Part shown: one piece after another, positions 28,285 through 40,443 of the stretch
How positions within the stretch are numbered: the first letter of the stretch is position 1
Layout: each line of letters starts with the position of its first letter
Origin: Octopus sinensis
Lineage: Eukaryota
DNA: 64,000 bases
Direction of reading: 5' to 3'
Assembly (NCBI RefSeq): GCF_006345805.1
Contig: NC_043005.1
Span: 82,460,001 to 82,524,000, forward strand
Notes under the pieces: model-generated
Seen by the model: only the letters and a program-made list of their open reading frames with translations
Databases searched by the model: none
Told to the model about the DNA's origin: nothing
Position numbers and translations under genes: made by a program

Positions 28285-28532
28285 GTGGAGGCACATGGAC
28301 TAGTGGTTAGAGCAGGGGACTCGCAGTCGAGGGATCGCGGGTTCGAATCTCAGACCGGACGATATGTGTGTTTATGAGTGAAACACCTAAGCTCCACGCG
28401 GCTCCGGCAGAAGGTAATGGCGACTTCTGCTGACTATTTCAGCACAACTTTCTCTCACTTTTTCCTCCTGCATCTTGCAGGTCACATGCGACGGACCGGC
28501 GCCCCGTCCAGGTGGGGAACCAATACACCAAA
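28285..28532 (+). mobile_element. tRNA-derived SINE family C
   Basis: tggactagtggttagagc A box and ggttcgaatc B box; body shared with 7722. Confidence 0.85.
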
Positions 28533-28622
28533 GTTAATACATAAATGTTAAGAATTGCGAAGCAATTAATTAATTTATTGTATTATATGGGCGAAGGTAC
28601 AATGTTTTACCACAAATTAATG

Positions 28623-29181
28623 ATACAAAATAAGAAAATGGAGAAATACACCTTAATCAATAATCAACTACCAGATCATACCCAATCACATAATTTATTA
28701 ACCCACTACATATTAACATAGCTCTTTGGTGTAGTGGTCCTTAGTAGGGATGGGTACATCTTTCATTGGTGAATTGAACAGTATCTTCTCTATTTTACTA
28801 GCAGTAATTATCCTGTAGGAACCAATGTACTATAGTTGGGTGGATTCACTTATAATATCAATACTTGATATTTCATGTACACAAGTATTAGCAATTCAGA
28901 TTCCTCAAAAAGTTAGCTTAAAATTACAAAATGTGATAGGGGTTGTGAGTGAAACCCACCATGGGATAACATATATCAGTACATTGGTTCCTACAGGATA
29001 ATTACTGCTGGTAAAATGGAGAGGATACTGATCAATTTATCAATGAAAGATGTACACATCCCTGCTAAGGACCACTACACCAAAGAGCTATGTTAATATG
29101 TAGTGGGTTAATAAATTATGTGATTGGGTATTATCTGGTAGTTGATTATTGATTAAGGTGTATTTCTCCATTTTCTTATTT

Positions 29182-29186
<5 letters not shown>
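28623..29186. repeat. Long inverted repeat (~208-bp arms, ~145-bp spacer) abutting (TA)n
   Basis: 28623-28831 is the reverse complement of 28979-29186 with scattered mismatches. Confidence 0.92.
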
Positions 29187-29227
<41 letters not shown>

Positions 29228-29274
29228 GAGAGAGAGAGAGAGAGAGATGTTATACATACATATATAAATATACA

Positions 29275-29487
29275 CGAAACGCCAAAATGTGAGCGCGTGT
29301 GTACCGTTGGCAATTTTTTTTCCTCCGTCTTCCCTTCTTTGGATCTTTCCTTTTCCTATGTTTCTGACGAAGAGCTCCGCTCGAAACGTTAAATCCTCCT
29401 TCCCTTCTTTCTGAGCGTCCAATAATACTATACTTGTTCCACGTCCTCGAATTGTTGTGTTTTCTCTTTGTGTTTTTATGTTTGGAT

Positions 29488-29492
<5 letters not shown>
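29275..29492 (+). mobile_element. PLE terminal-repeat fragment in (TA)n
   Basis: Same family as 37790-37975 in the opposite orientation; carries an HHR motif. Confidence 0.7.
29360..29394 (+). ncRNA. Minimal type I hammerhead motif
   Basis: GTTT-CTGACGA-A-GAGC(TCC)GCTC-GAAAC-GT-T-AAAT. Confidence 0.65.
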
Positions 29493-29549
<57 letters not shown>

Positions 29550-30855
29550 ATATACATATATACACATATATATATATACATATACGACAGACTATGCTGA
29601 TGATCTTGCAGATGTTTGCGTGTCCATATACGTAAATATTAACAAGTGAAACCAATGGTACATAATAGCTAATCGTTTTTTATTTTGTATATTTTCACTT
29701 GTCTTGCTTATTTTTACATTTTCGTATTTTGCTGAGATTTTTCTTGAAAATACATTCTTCGTGGTAATGCCGATCTGACGACTATGTTTAGCATATATGC
29801 TGTCCACTTTTAGCGGTCAGACCTTTAAATTTTGTATGTAAAAACTTTTTAATCATCGCACCTTTTTTAAAATATGCTAAACCACTGGTTTTAATTGATT
29901 AATATCAATGTCTATCCTTATTTAATTGTATATATATATTTATGTGTGTGTGTGTGTAGAAAACGCGCCCTGCTGTCTCCACTTTAGAACTTTGCGGTCA
30001 GATAGTGATGGCTATAGCTATAAAAGACATGCATTCTACAGTTACCACACAACCTGATTTTTCAACATATTTTTGTTGAAGATTTCGTTTTTATTTCCCT
30101 CATAGTTTAATAGGTTTATCATAATTATTTACTTTCTTGATATATGATATTTAAGATTAATGCAGTTATTTGCTTCGTTTAAGCCGATAGGAAAACAGTC
30201 ATGACAGATTTATTTTCCTTTCTTAGACAGATTGTTGCTTCATACGACGTCATACGACATCAGATCAGAGCAAGTGACGCAACAAAAAACAGCCACACAC
30301 AATACAATACTATAAATGATATTAAATACTCACCACGCTTATAAAAACTTTAACTTATGTAATTAAAACCCCAGTAATATTCTTGATTTTCAACAGAGTG
30401 GATTTTTTATTACACACGAGAGAAAATTATCATATCTTTATTTTTCTACTTAATAGAAAATGTTAATCTTCATAAGAAATTTAAAAAGATAATTATTGTC
30501 GTATTATGTTTTAATTAAAATGGAATCCTTAAAAAGTCGGTTGCACAGATAATATAAGTAGCTTAGACAAAACATGTGTAACGGAGCTCAATGAGTGTAT
30601 CTGAAATTAAGCACGTAGGGAGAATGGTGGTACAATAATTAATATCATACCCATATATATATAATGAACCAAAATCTAGATTTAAAAGTGTTTGAGTTTG
30701 TAACATGTATTATACGTTAATATACACCAAATATTAAAATATGACACTGAGAATTAAAAATTAAATGAATAATAAATTATAATCAGTGATTTTCCAAATT
30801 TCTAAAGAAATATTCTCATGTATAAACAAACGTGTTAGGAACATTTTCCTGGAGT

Positions 30856-31520
30856 GAAGGTGCCAAGCTAGTGGAATCGTTATCAAGTCGAGCGAAATAC
30901 TTTTACTTAAGCATTTCGTCCGTCTATCCTCTCTGAGTACAAATCCCATGCAGTTTGATTTTGCCTTTCAATTTTTCGGGGTCGAAAAATTATGTACTGG
31001 TTGAACACTGGAATCATTGTAATCGATTTACGCCCCTACTGGAAAGTACTGGCCTTGTGACAAACTTTCAAATCAGTATTTTCTTGAATGAAACACAGTA
31101 ATGTGGCCGAATTGAAGTCACGCCGGACAAAATGCCCAACGGCATTTTGTCCGTTTCTGAGCTCAGAGTTCAAATTTCGCCGGTGTCGAATTTGCCTTTA
31201 TCATATCGCAGGTGTTCATATCAATACCGTTTGAGCACTGGGGTGGAGTCAATGTATGCCTATCCCGTACTTGTTGGCCGTGTTCAAAAATTTGAAACCT
31301 CTATTTCTCCGAAAGTTAGGCGGCAAGCCTGTAGAATCGTTTCCACACCGGGCAAAATGCTTTGCACCATTTCGTGCGGCGTTGGGTTCTGATCTCCGCC
31401 GAGGTCAGTTTCGCCTTTTATTTCACGGTCGATAAAATAAGTGCTCGCTGCACACTAAGGTCGAGGTTATCCACTTTTACTGTCTCGTGAAATTGCTGGC
31501 CTTGTGCCAAACTTTGAAAT
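30856..31520 (+). mobile_element. Three degenerate tandem SINE family B-like copies
   Basis: Recurrent cggacaaaatgc...gttcaaatt.cgcc...tttgccttt...ggccttgtg.caaa.tttgaaa. Confidence 0.65.
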
Positions 31521-31600
31521 TAATTTTTCCCGAAAGTGAACGTTTTGCATAAGAAAATATCTATAATAAATTACGGGTGAAATCTGGTAAGAACTGCGTA

Positions 31601-31911
31601 AGAAACGTCGCCCTTTTCAAGACTAGCCACGCTCATGGGTCCGGTTTCCCGGTTGCTGTGGCGTATGTTATTCCCCCCAGGTGGGCGGGACGCCAGTCCA
31701 TCGCAGCGTTACTCAAGAAACAGAAAGAGAGAGTGAAATTTGTGGCGAAAGAGTAGAACAGGGGTCGCCATCCCCCCCCCCCTGTCGGAGACTGTGAAGA
31801 TTTTAGGTGTTTTCGCTCAACAAACACACAAAACGTCTGGTCCCGGAATCGAAACCGCGATCCTCCGACAATGAGTCCGCCGCCATGATCACTGGGCCAT
31901 TGTGCCTCCAC
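31601..31911 (-). mobile_element. tRNA-derived SINE family C with 12-bp TSD
   Basis: Head at 31911; TSD aagaactgcgta (31589-31600) and aagtactgcgta (31912-31923). Confidence 0.85.
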
Positions 31912-33104
31912 AAGTACTGCGTATCTGTATGATAAAGCAACTCTCAGTGCGATGACGTAGGAGCGGGCTTATAAATATAAGATTAATTGTGGTAAGAATT
32001 CGATACACAAGAATAAGAACAAAACCATCACTACATCCAGTGCAGCAAATACAGCCATCGTCACTAATGATAAAACCACCGGCATCACCACTACCACATC
32101 ACACCACCAGACACCACCATCACTAATACAATCGAAACTTGCATCATGACAACAATGACCAACATTACTATCAACTCTACCATTATCATCACTATTAACA
32201 CCGTTACTATTAGGACGAGTAAAAGGATGTCAAAGATTAACATTTCCACCACCGTCACCGCTCCCACTGACACCGTCACCGAAAGAAATGAGAAAATACG
32301 ACAGCAGCATCAATAGCTAAATCTTATTTAGGTAAGCCAGGTAAAAACAAATAATGGCGGTAAAGTACTTGCTACGTCATTGATACGTCATTGATACGCT
32401 ATTAAATTAGCCAGTTTCTTAGTTACGTGAACTAATTAATGAAGAAGTGATAACTAATTGCAATAATTAATATTTGATGGCAATATAAAGTTAATAATTA
32501 TTCATAATTTATGTATATTTACCACAACCTAATCACCTGACCGAGATAACTTGGAAACTTCATTTTAACCAAAGGCGTAATTAAATATTACGTTAATACT
32601 GAACATTCTCACGAAGAAAGATTAAATTCTCTTTTTTTTATTTCCGAGGTTATTATTATTTTTTTTAATGTCTTACTTTCAAATTACGCAGTTGTAGTAT
32701 TTGCGTCTCACATGTTGAATCATGTGTTATTTCGTATTTGATATTTTTTGGTCTTATATTCTTCAGCTATTTCAGCTAATGAGTCGCATCATCTGTCAAA
32801 GAACACTGAGCAGAATAAAATGACAGTAATTTTACGAATGACGACCAACTTAACAAATATTCTTTATCCGCAGGATTCAGAATAGTGATACAAGAAATAA
32901 TGATATCAGTCTGCGGTAGAAATTTACAAGCTATGCTGTATTCAGACAATGGTACAATGGTGCAGTGTATATTATATTCATATATGGTGTTAAGTAATGG
33001 AGTCCTTACAGATAAAGTTCAGACATTTTTCAACGGGAAGACTGAAATATATATATTTATCTTTACATATAAATATATATACGCACATAACACATACACT
33101 CATG

Positions 33105-33162
<58 letters not shown>

Positions 33163-33276
33163 GAGAGAGAGGAAGAGTGAGGGAGGGAGAGAAAGTGAGA
33201 GGCAGACAGATTTATATTATTTATTTATATATATATATTTTTTCAATATGTTTATGTATATGCGTAAATATATAAG

Positions 33277-33450
33277 TCCAGGTGTGGCTGTGTGGTAAGT
33301 AGCTTGCTTACAATCCACGTGGTTCTGGGTGCAATCCCACTGCGTGGCATCTTGGGCAATTATTTTCTACTATAGCCTCGGGCCGACCAGAGGCTTGCGA
33401 GTGGATTTGGTAGACAGAAACTGAAAGAAGAAACCCGTATATATAAAAAG

Positions 33451-33528
<78 letters not shown>

Positions 33529-33685
33529 GTGTGTGTGTGTGTATGTGTTTGTCCCCCCAACATCGCTTGACAACTGATGCTGATGTGTTTACGTCCCGTA
33601 ACTTAGCACTTCAGCAAAGCGACCGACTAAAGTTGGTGCTCCAGCATGGCTGCAGTCAAATGACTGAAACAAGTAAAAGTGAAAA
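33277..33685 (+). mobile_element. SINE family A
   Basis: Head, internal (TA)n and tail ggtgctccagcatggctgcagtcaaatgactgaaacaagt. Confidence 0.88.
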
Positions 33686-34876
33686 GTGATTAAAGAGTAT
33701 ATATAAATATCTATATACCTATATGTATGTATGCATGTTTCTATGTAGGTATGTAGGTCTGTGTATATACAGGTGTGTGTGTGTGTACGCATATATAGTT
33801 AAATAGATGGCAAGAGAGAAAGGGGAATATAAGGACATGTATGAGATGTATGAGGTAAAATTTTTGTATATACCTATCAACTTAGCCGTTAATAAATACG
33901 CACTCATACTAAGACACACACACGCATATATACATATTAATATATATATATATATATATATATGCGTGTGTGTGTGCACATGTGTGTTTGCATGTTGTGT
34001 GTATGTGTATGTGCACGTGTGTGTTTGCATGTTGTGTGTATGTGTATGTCCACGTGTGTGTGTGTAACTGTATGTATATGAGAAATATGTACACATAGAT
34101 GCATCATTACTTAACAGATTATGTCATGCATTCGTATTAATTCCTTAAACCATGAGTGCATATTGAATAGCATACAACTAGATACGCCACGAAGATAATC
34201 TAACAATGGCGTCAGACGCCTGTCATGTTTACTTTTATATCATCGATAAACCTGAAAGAGATCTGGAGCAGAGACAGAATATCAGGGATATGTTCGAGAA
34301 TGGCGGCGACGATTGGACCTTGACATTCATACCTAATTCGTGGAATCATCGAATGATTAATGACACAATTAATAGGTTAATTATTTAAATGATACACCAA
34401 TTAATAATAGTAACAATAAATGACGTGGAATAGTACCAGTGCGTATAAATCAATTAATATAATGAGCCTCTGAAATTGTAACGGAATCGGTTCCATTTGG
34501 GTTGACGGGAAATTTAACCATAACGTCATTTATAGAACCATGATGTCATCTGAGACCATATATACTTAGGAAAAATCAGCTGTGGTTTTAAGATGATTAT
34601 CAAACAGCTGTTGTGATGGTAAAATTGCTTCCATAACTTCTGTGTTACAGCATTCGTATATTTATATATCTGTTATGCACTACTACCTGCTCGTCTGTTT
34701 TTTTTTGTTTTGTTTGTGCTTAGTTTATTTTTATTTTTCAGGCGAGAAATTTCTAAGGGGAATAACTCTGAATGCTTAATGATCTGTTTAACATAATGTA
34801 TATGGCGCACATTAAATGTCCAAATTTTTATACACGAACACAGACAAATACAAACACATGCACTCTCTCAGGTACG

Positions 34877-34879
<3 letters not shown>

Positions 34880-34915
<36 letters not shown>

Positions 34916-34924
34916 TATATATAT

Positions 34925-34974
<50 letters not shown>

Positions 34975-35283
34975 AGTTATATATATATATATATAATTTA
35001 TATATAGATATATATATATATATTTATATATATAGAATATATATATTATATATGGATATATATATATATATATTTTATATGTATATATATATATATATAT
35101 TTTATATAGTATATATATATATATATATTATATATGTATATATATATATATAGATATTTATATATGTATATATATATATATATATATTTATATATGTATA
35201 TATATATTATATATGTATATATATATTAGATATAGTATATATATATATATATATTTATATATTATATATATTTATATATGTAT

Positions 35284-35325
<42 letters not shown>

Positions 35326-35425
35326 TTATATATATATATAATATATTTATATATATATTATATATATTTATATATGTAGCTATTATATATATTTATATAT
35401 GTATATAATATATATATATTATTTA

Positions 35426-35456
<31 letters not shown>

Positions 35457-35500
35457 ATGTATATATATATATTTATTAATATAATCATATTTAATATATA
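34880..35500. repeat. Long degenerate (TA)n microsatellite
   Basis: Read directly from the sequence. Confidence 0.95.
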
Positions 35501-35504
35501 TGAT

Positions 35505-35772
35505 ATATACTGTTGTGTCTGGGGAGAGTCATTTTCTTTGTGCCTTATAACTTAACCCACTCACCGGTAAAATTTCCACTTATTTTTATTTTATATAAAA
35601 TTATAAAAAATATAAAAAATACAAATGAAAATAAGAAATAAGAGGAAACTTTACCGGTGAGTGTGTTAAGTTATAAGGCACAAAAAGAAAATTACTCTCC
35701 CCAGGCACAACAGTATATGCTTCAACACACGACCTCACATAAAGAATATTGCACACCAAATCCCAAAACGAA

Positions 35773-35775
<3 letters not shown>
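35505..35775. mobile_element. Short insert in (TA)n with ~85-bp inverted arms plus a one-sided tail (PLE-like inversion)
   Basis: 35505-35590 is inverted relative to 35628-35718; unique tail extends to ~35775. Confidence 0.65.
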
Positions 35776-35803
<28 letters not shown>

Positions 35804-36671
35804 GTATACTTATGTATGTTTGTTTGCAAATATGTACACATGTATGGAGTATCGTTCTAATTTTAGTGAATGTACTACCGTTATATACACCAGTCAGTGA
35901 CGGATGAATTTATTAGTTAATATTTGCATGCGTTGTTTACACCCTGTTAACATCGCAGCGGAAAAAGCGTAGAACGAACATATGTAAATTTATCTGCAGC
36001 TAAATGCAAGGATATGAGTCTTTGCGCGCACCCACGTGTATGTGAGTGTATGTGTGCGTATGTGTGCGTATGTGTGTGTGTTAGCTGTCAAGGATACAGT
36101 TTATTTTCGCTGAATGCAATGAAACATATGTAAAAGTTTTAAAGGCAGCTGTCGTGTTAGTGTGCCATTCATTCTTAGCCTGGATTCCAATCGTCGTCAT
36201 TTTTGTATATAAAAATAGCAACATTATTATATATAAAATAACATTGGAAACTTAATACCTGTAAACTTCCATTTGTACACATCACACACACTTACATGCA
36301 CATCTCTCTCGCTCTACCATTTTCACTCCCTCAATATATAAGCATTATAAGTGTGTGTGACTATATGTTTATATATAACGTATGTAGGCATTGGACTTAG
36401 TTGAATAAGATAAGGCGCGATATATTAAAAGCTAGTGTGTATATTTCATTAGTAGGTGAGAGCTGTGACTGATGTGTTACGTATCAATATCGAGAGTCAC
36501 AAATATAATTCAAATATATATTTAAATATATTAAAAAACAAAGACCTATAAAGTGTAGAAAAACAGAAGCTTCTATAGATAATCTGTCGAGAGCTATATA
36601 TATATATACACACGTACACACTCACACACACACACCACACAACACACACACACACCACACACACACACCAC

Positions 36672-36722
<51 letters not shown>

Positions 36723-36744
36723 TATATATATAAACAGACGGATT

Positions 36745-36791
36745 TTTGTCAGTGAACAGTCGCGGATTTTAGCGACGAAAATTTTGACAAA
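36745..36791 (+). ncRNA. Minimal hammerhead-like motif with G3-C8 core variant
   Basis: TTTGTCA-GTGAACA-GTCGC(GGATTTTA)GCGAC-GAAA-A-TT-T-TGACAAA; 7-bp stem I and 5-bp stem II are perfect. Confidence 0.65.
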
Positions 36792-36879
36792 TTAAACTTA
36801 AATGTTGAAGTGAATCGAACGGCTTTGTGTGTTTCTTAAATGGCTTACAAACACCTTCCACGCTGCAATTGTTTTCGTT

Positions 36880-36979
36880 NNNNNNNNNNNNNNNNNNNNN
36901 NNNNNNNNNNNNNNNNNNNNNNNNNNNNNNNNNNNNNNNNNNNNNNNNNNNNNNNNNNNNNNNNNNNNNNNNNNNNNNN
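36880..36979. other. Assembly gap (100 N)
   Basis: Run of N. Confidence 1.
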
Positions 36980-36988
36980 TATATATAA

Positions 36989-37192
36989 GGTATTTTAATA
37001 TAAGCCTAAAGTTTATGGCGACCACCGTGCAATGACTATGGAAAGTATTCTGATAACGAGGCATATAATCCCTCGACAGAGAAAAGAAGGCTTTCCAATC
37101 CGCGTCGAGGGCTTATATGCCCCGTTATTAAACTATTTTTTTTTAATCATTGCACGGTGACCACCATATGCTTTAAGCGTATATAAAATACC
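36989..37192. mobile_element. Foldback/MITE-like imperfect palindrome
   Basis: ggtatttta...caccgtgcaatga...ggcatataa.ccctcgac is mirrored by gtcgaggg.ttatatgcc...tcattgcacggtg...taaaatacc. Confidence 0.7.
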
Positions 37193-37272
37193 ATTATTAT
37201 TATTTATAGGTTTGTAAAATACGGCACCGTATAAGAAAACCATTCGCACCGAAAGTATATATATATATATAA

Positions 37273-37789
37273 CTAGCAGTATCGCCCGGCGTTGCTCGGG
37301 TTTGTAAGGGAAATAACTATATAAGCATTTTTAGAGAGTTACTTCCTTTATAGATGCAAATTCGGGCTTTCTTAGCCATTTTTGTTTTGGTGTCTTCAAG
37401 CCATGAAGTCGTTGTTCTAAAAGAACGCTGGTCTCCTTGACAACGCATTACGACGTTGATTTCCTTAAACTCCCTTCCCCACAGCTTCACGAGGGAGGGA
37501 AGAAGGGGGAGAAGCAAACACAGGTGCAGGTGTTTGAGCGTGGACGCCAACTCCGCCGCCATCGACACACGAAAAATTAGGCATTAAAATGGAATAAAAA
37601 ATGATGTTAAATTATTTTTAAAATCGTAGACTCATCGTAGACGCGCGCTAATAGCCAGACGGGCTCGATATGAATCACGACTATAAGATACCCGAATTTG
37701 GTTAAACTGCACCTCAAATTGTGGGAAGAGTTAGGAATCTAAATCGAAGGGGACAGACACTCACACAACTAGAGTTTTATATATATAGA
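37273..37789 (-). mobile_element. Non-autonomous Helitron
   Basis: 5'-TC start; 3' hairpin cccgagcaacgccggg followed by CTAG; inserted between A and T; homologous to 43895-44287. Confidence 0.85.
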
Positions 37790-38120
37790 TTAATCCAAAC
37801 ATGAACAAAGAGAAAACACAACAACGCGAGGACGTGGAACTCAAGAAAGGAAAGAAAGAAAGGAGTATTTAACGTTTCTAGCGGAGCTCTTCTTCAGAAA
37901 CATAGAAAAAGGAAAAGTCCAACGAAGGGAAGGCGGAGAAAGAAAATCGCCAACGATACAATCGCAGTCACATATTGGTCGGTATAAATGGTGGCGACAA
38001 AAAGAGAAAAGTGGAAGTAGAAGAAAGAAGAAAGGTAAAAAGAGGACGAGAAAAAGTGGAAGAATCACGGACACATTTTTGGGTGGTGGCACTAAAAGAT
38101 TCGAACATCGTAGAGAAGCC
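37790..38120 (-). mobile_element. PLE terminal-repeat fragment with a damaged HHR at 37867-37901
   Basis: Reverse complement of the 29275 element; minus strand GTTT-CTGAAGA-A-GAGC(TCC)GCTA-GAAAC-GTT-AAAT. Confidence 0.68.
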
Positions 38121-38752
38121 AATAGACCGCAACGTTCAAATATAAATAACCTTCTGGTGTATATTTAATCTGAATTGCGAAACACTTCCTTATGGAGTGG
38201 AACAGTAATACAAAGCAGTTGCTCTTCAGTATATACAGCTGACTAATGGATGCATAACAGCAATGTTTTGATCAGAAGTTTGTTTCCTTAGCACTTGGAT
38301 CCAGTTGCTGAATTTCGGTTGAAATAATAACCTAAATTATTCTAATATTCAGCAGAGCAATTTAGAAATAAATTTAACACAACACATTAAAATCCACAAA
38401 TATTAATTTAATCAGAACTCTGCTATCTGCAATTGAAATTTCAATAATTACGCCGCAAAATATTAATACATTTTGCTCGGTTTACGGGCAGCACTGAATA
38501 AATTTTTAGTTTGCTGTCTCATTTTCTTTCGTTTGTTCGATCAGAGGATTTACCTAAAATGACGGAACACCTTTAAATCCTGTTTTGATAGATTCACAAG
38601 CAAAGATCGATTGATGGTAACTAAAACCAAAAATATTTATGGAACATGTCACGAAACTTCACAATCAGCTGCTAAAAAATCAATATCTTTGAAGATGATT
38701 AAACATTTTTCATATTAACTTTTAGCAAGATGAAGGATATACATGCAGCGGC

Positions 38753-38812
<60 letters not shown>

Positions 38813-38817
38813 TGATA

Positions 38818-39370
38818 AATGCCCTGATGCAGTACCAACAGTGGCTCTCATGGCTTCTGATCTTAACTGATTGGAAGTGTTATTATGTACACTGTTTTGT
38901 CTTGGTACAAAAATGGGCTACAGCAAATATTCTGCTCAATACCTCAGATTTGCTTGTCAGTTATTTGACCTTAACCAGTTGACCATGTCCCTTAGTGGCT
39001 GACGGTGTGTGCATCTCTGATCACGAGCAGAAGTAGGGGGGGCATCATAGCTGTGTGTTGAAAGGAATTCTTGGAGGTTTGGATAATTCACCTTTGGAAA
39101 ATGGGTGGCTCGTTCAACATCCTTAAACAATCCTTATTCAGGGACCTTTTGAACGGGATGGGCTACACGACAAGAAGAAAATTCTAACTGGGCCCCACCT
39201 ACAAGGTCATGTGCTGTTTATCTTGATATAAGAACACCATGTCGCGCACATATGGTTGTGATGCATGTTCCTGGTGTAACCTTATCAGATGGGTAATCAC
39301 AATGGATATACTGAGCTTCATATATTTTACTCCAGTGTCACTCTGATGGCATGCACTGCTCTCGCACTCA
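38818..39370 (+). mobile_element. ~550-bp retroposon inserted in (AAT)n, copy 2
   Basis: Homologous to 392-944; (AAT)n at 38756-38817 and 39370-39412. Confidence 0.8.
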
Positions 39371-39660
39371 ATAATAATAATAATAATAATAACAATAATA
39401 ATAATAATAATGACAATAGTTTCAAATTTTGCCACGAGGGCAGCAATTGTGAGGGTGGGGATTAGTAGATTACATCGACCCCAGTGTTCAACTGTGAGAC
39501 CTCTGACAGCAGACTGCTGTCCGCTATCACAGAACAAAGAAGACCGAATGCTCTGAGAAGTAAACAAGAACAACAACAATAACTTGGTAGAACTGTATAC
39601 ATGTTCAATCTAATGCGAACGTTCCGTGTATAGTCCCTCAAATTATATTTTGCTATGACG

Positions 39661-39719
39661 ATCACACTGATGAGTTGCGGACAATTACGTAAGTTGTAGC
39701 AAAGAAACGAGGTTGTGAT
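39661..39719 (+). ncRNA. Degenerate type I hammerhead motif
   Basis: ATCACA-CTGATGA-GTTGC...GCAAA-GAAAC-GA-GG-T-TGTGAT; 6-bp stem I is perfect; U16.1 and C11.1 are mutated. Confidence 0.6.
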
Positions 39720-39891
39720 TAATCTTATATTTTGTATCTTTTTAATTGCCTTGCTCGCTTACATTCTGGCGTTTGCTAAATTTTCTTGAGAACAATCCTT
39801 TCTTAGTAGTAAGACTATGGGGGGTCTACTTCTAGCATAATGAATGTCCACTTAGTGGTGATCTCTCTGATTATATATATATATATATATC

Positions 39892-39924
<33 letters not shown>

Positions 39925-40443
39925 GCAAAATTAATGAAACAAACATGAAAAACACTTCAATGTAAGGTACATGCTAAGTTCAACTTATTTTCATCATTAT
40001 TTTCATCATAATCTTATTCTCATCATCATCAATACTATGCTTTTGATAAGTTATACAGCCTCTAATCGCGCTGAAATCGTATATTTAATGTAACAGTAGC
40101 TATTACAGTATATTTTTAATTCACACACACAAAAAAGGGGAAAGGAAAAGAAAAATATGAATGACTTTGCACATTACACAATGATGGCTTCGTGTAGTAC
40201 GTTTTCATTTAGTGTCAAGGTTGTTAACATAACCGCAGGTACAAATTTGGTGTTTGTATTCCTTGATAAGATATTTATGTTTCCGGAGCATCTTTTCCTT
40301 TTCTATCAGTGAGATATTTTATTTTTAATGACGGCCTTGCAGAATTATCATTGTTATGTATGACTATCACGAAACATTTAAAAATAAAATAGGATTAAAG
40401 TAAACAAAATTATAATCACGATATATTAAACAATAAGCATGTA

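Noticed and set aside
28285-28360. tRNA gene
   Set aside because: A and B boxes continue into a SINE body repeated elsewhere; no complete cloverleaf
29584-29610. DYADDLA RT-like peptide and CTGATGA
   Set aside because: Only ~9 codons with no flanking RT homology, and no GAAA or stems for a hammerhead
32025-32315. Thr/His-rich exon
   Set aside because: Degenerate ACC/ATC triplet repeat with stops; no supportable gene model
32715-32770. Minus-strand CTGAAGA...GAAAT as a hammerhead
   Set aside because: No stem I, mismatched stem II and G at position 17
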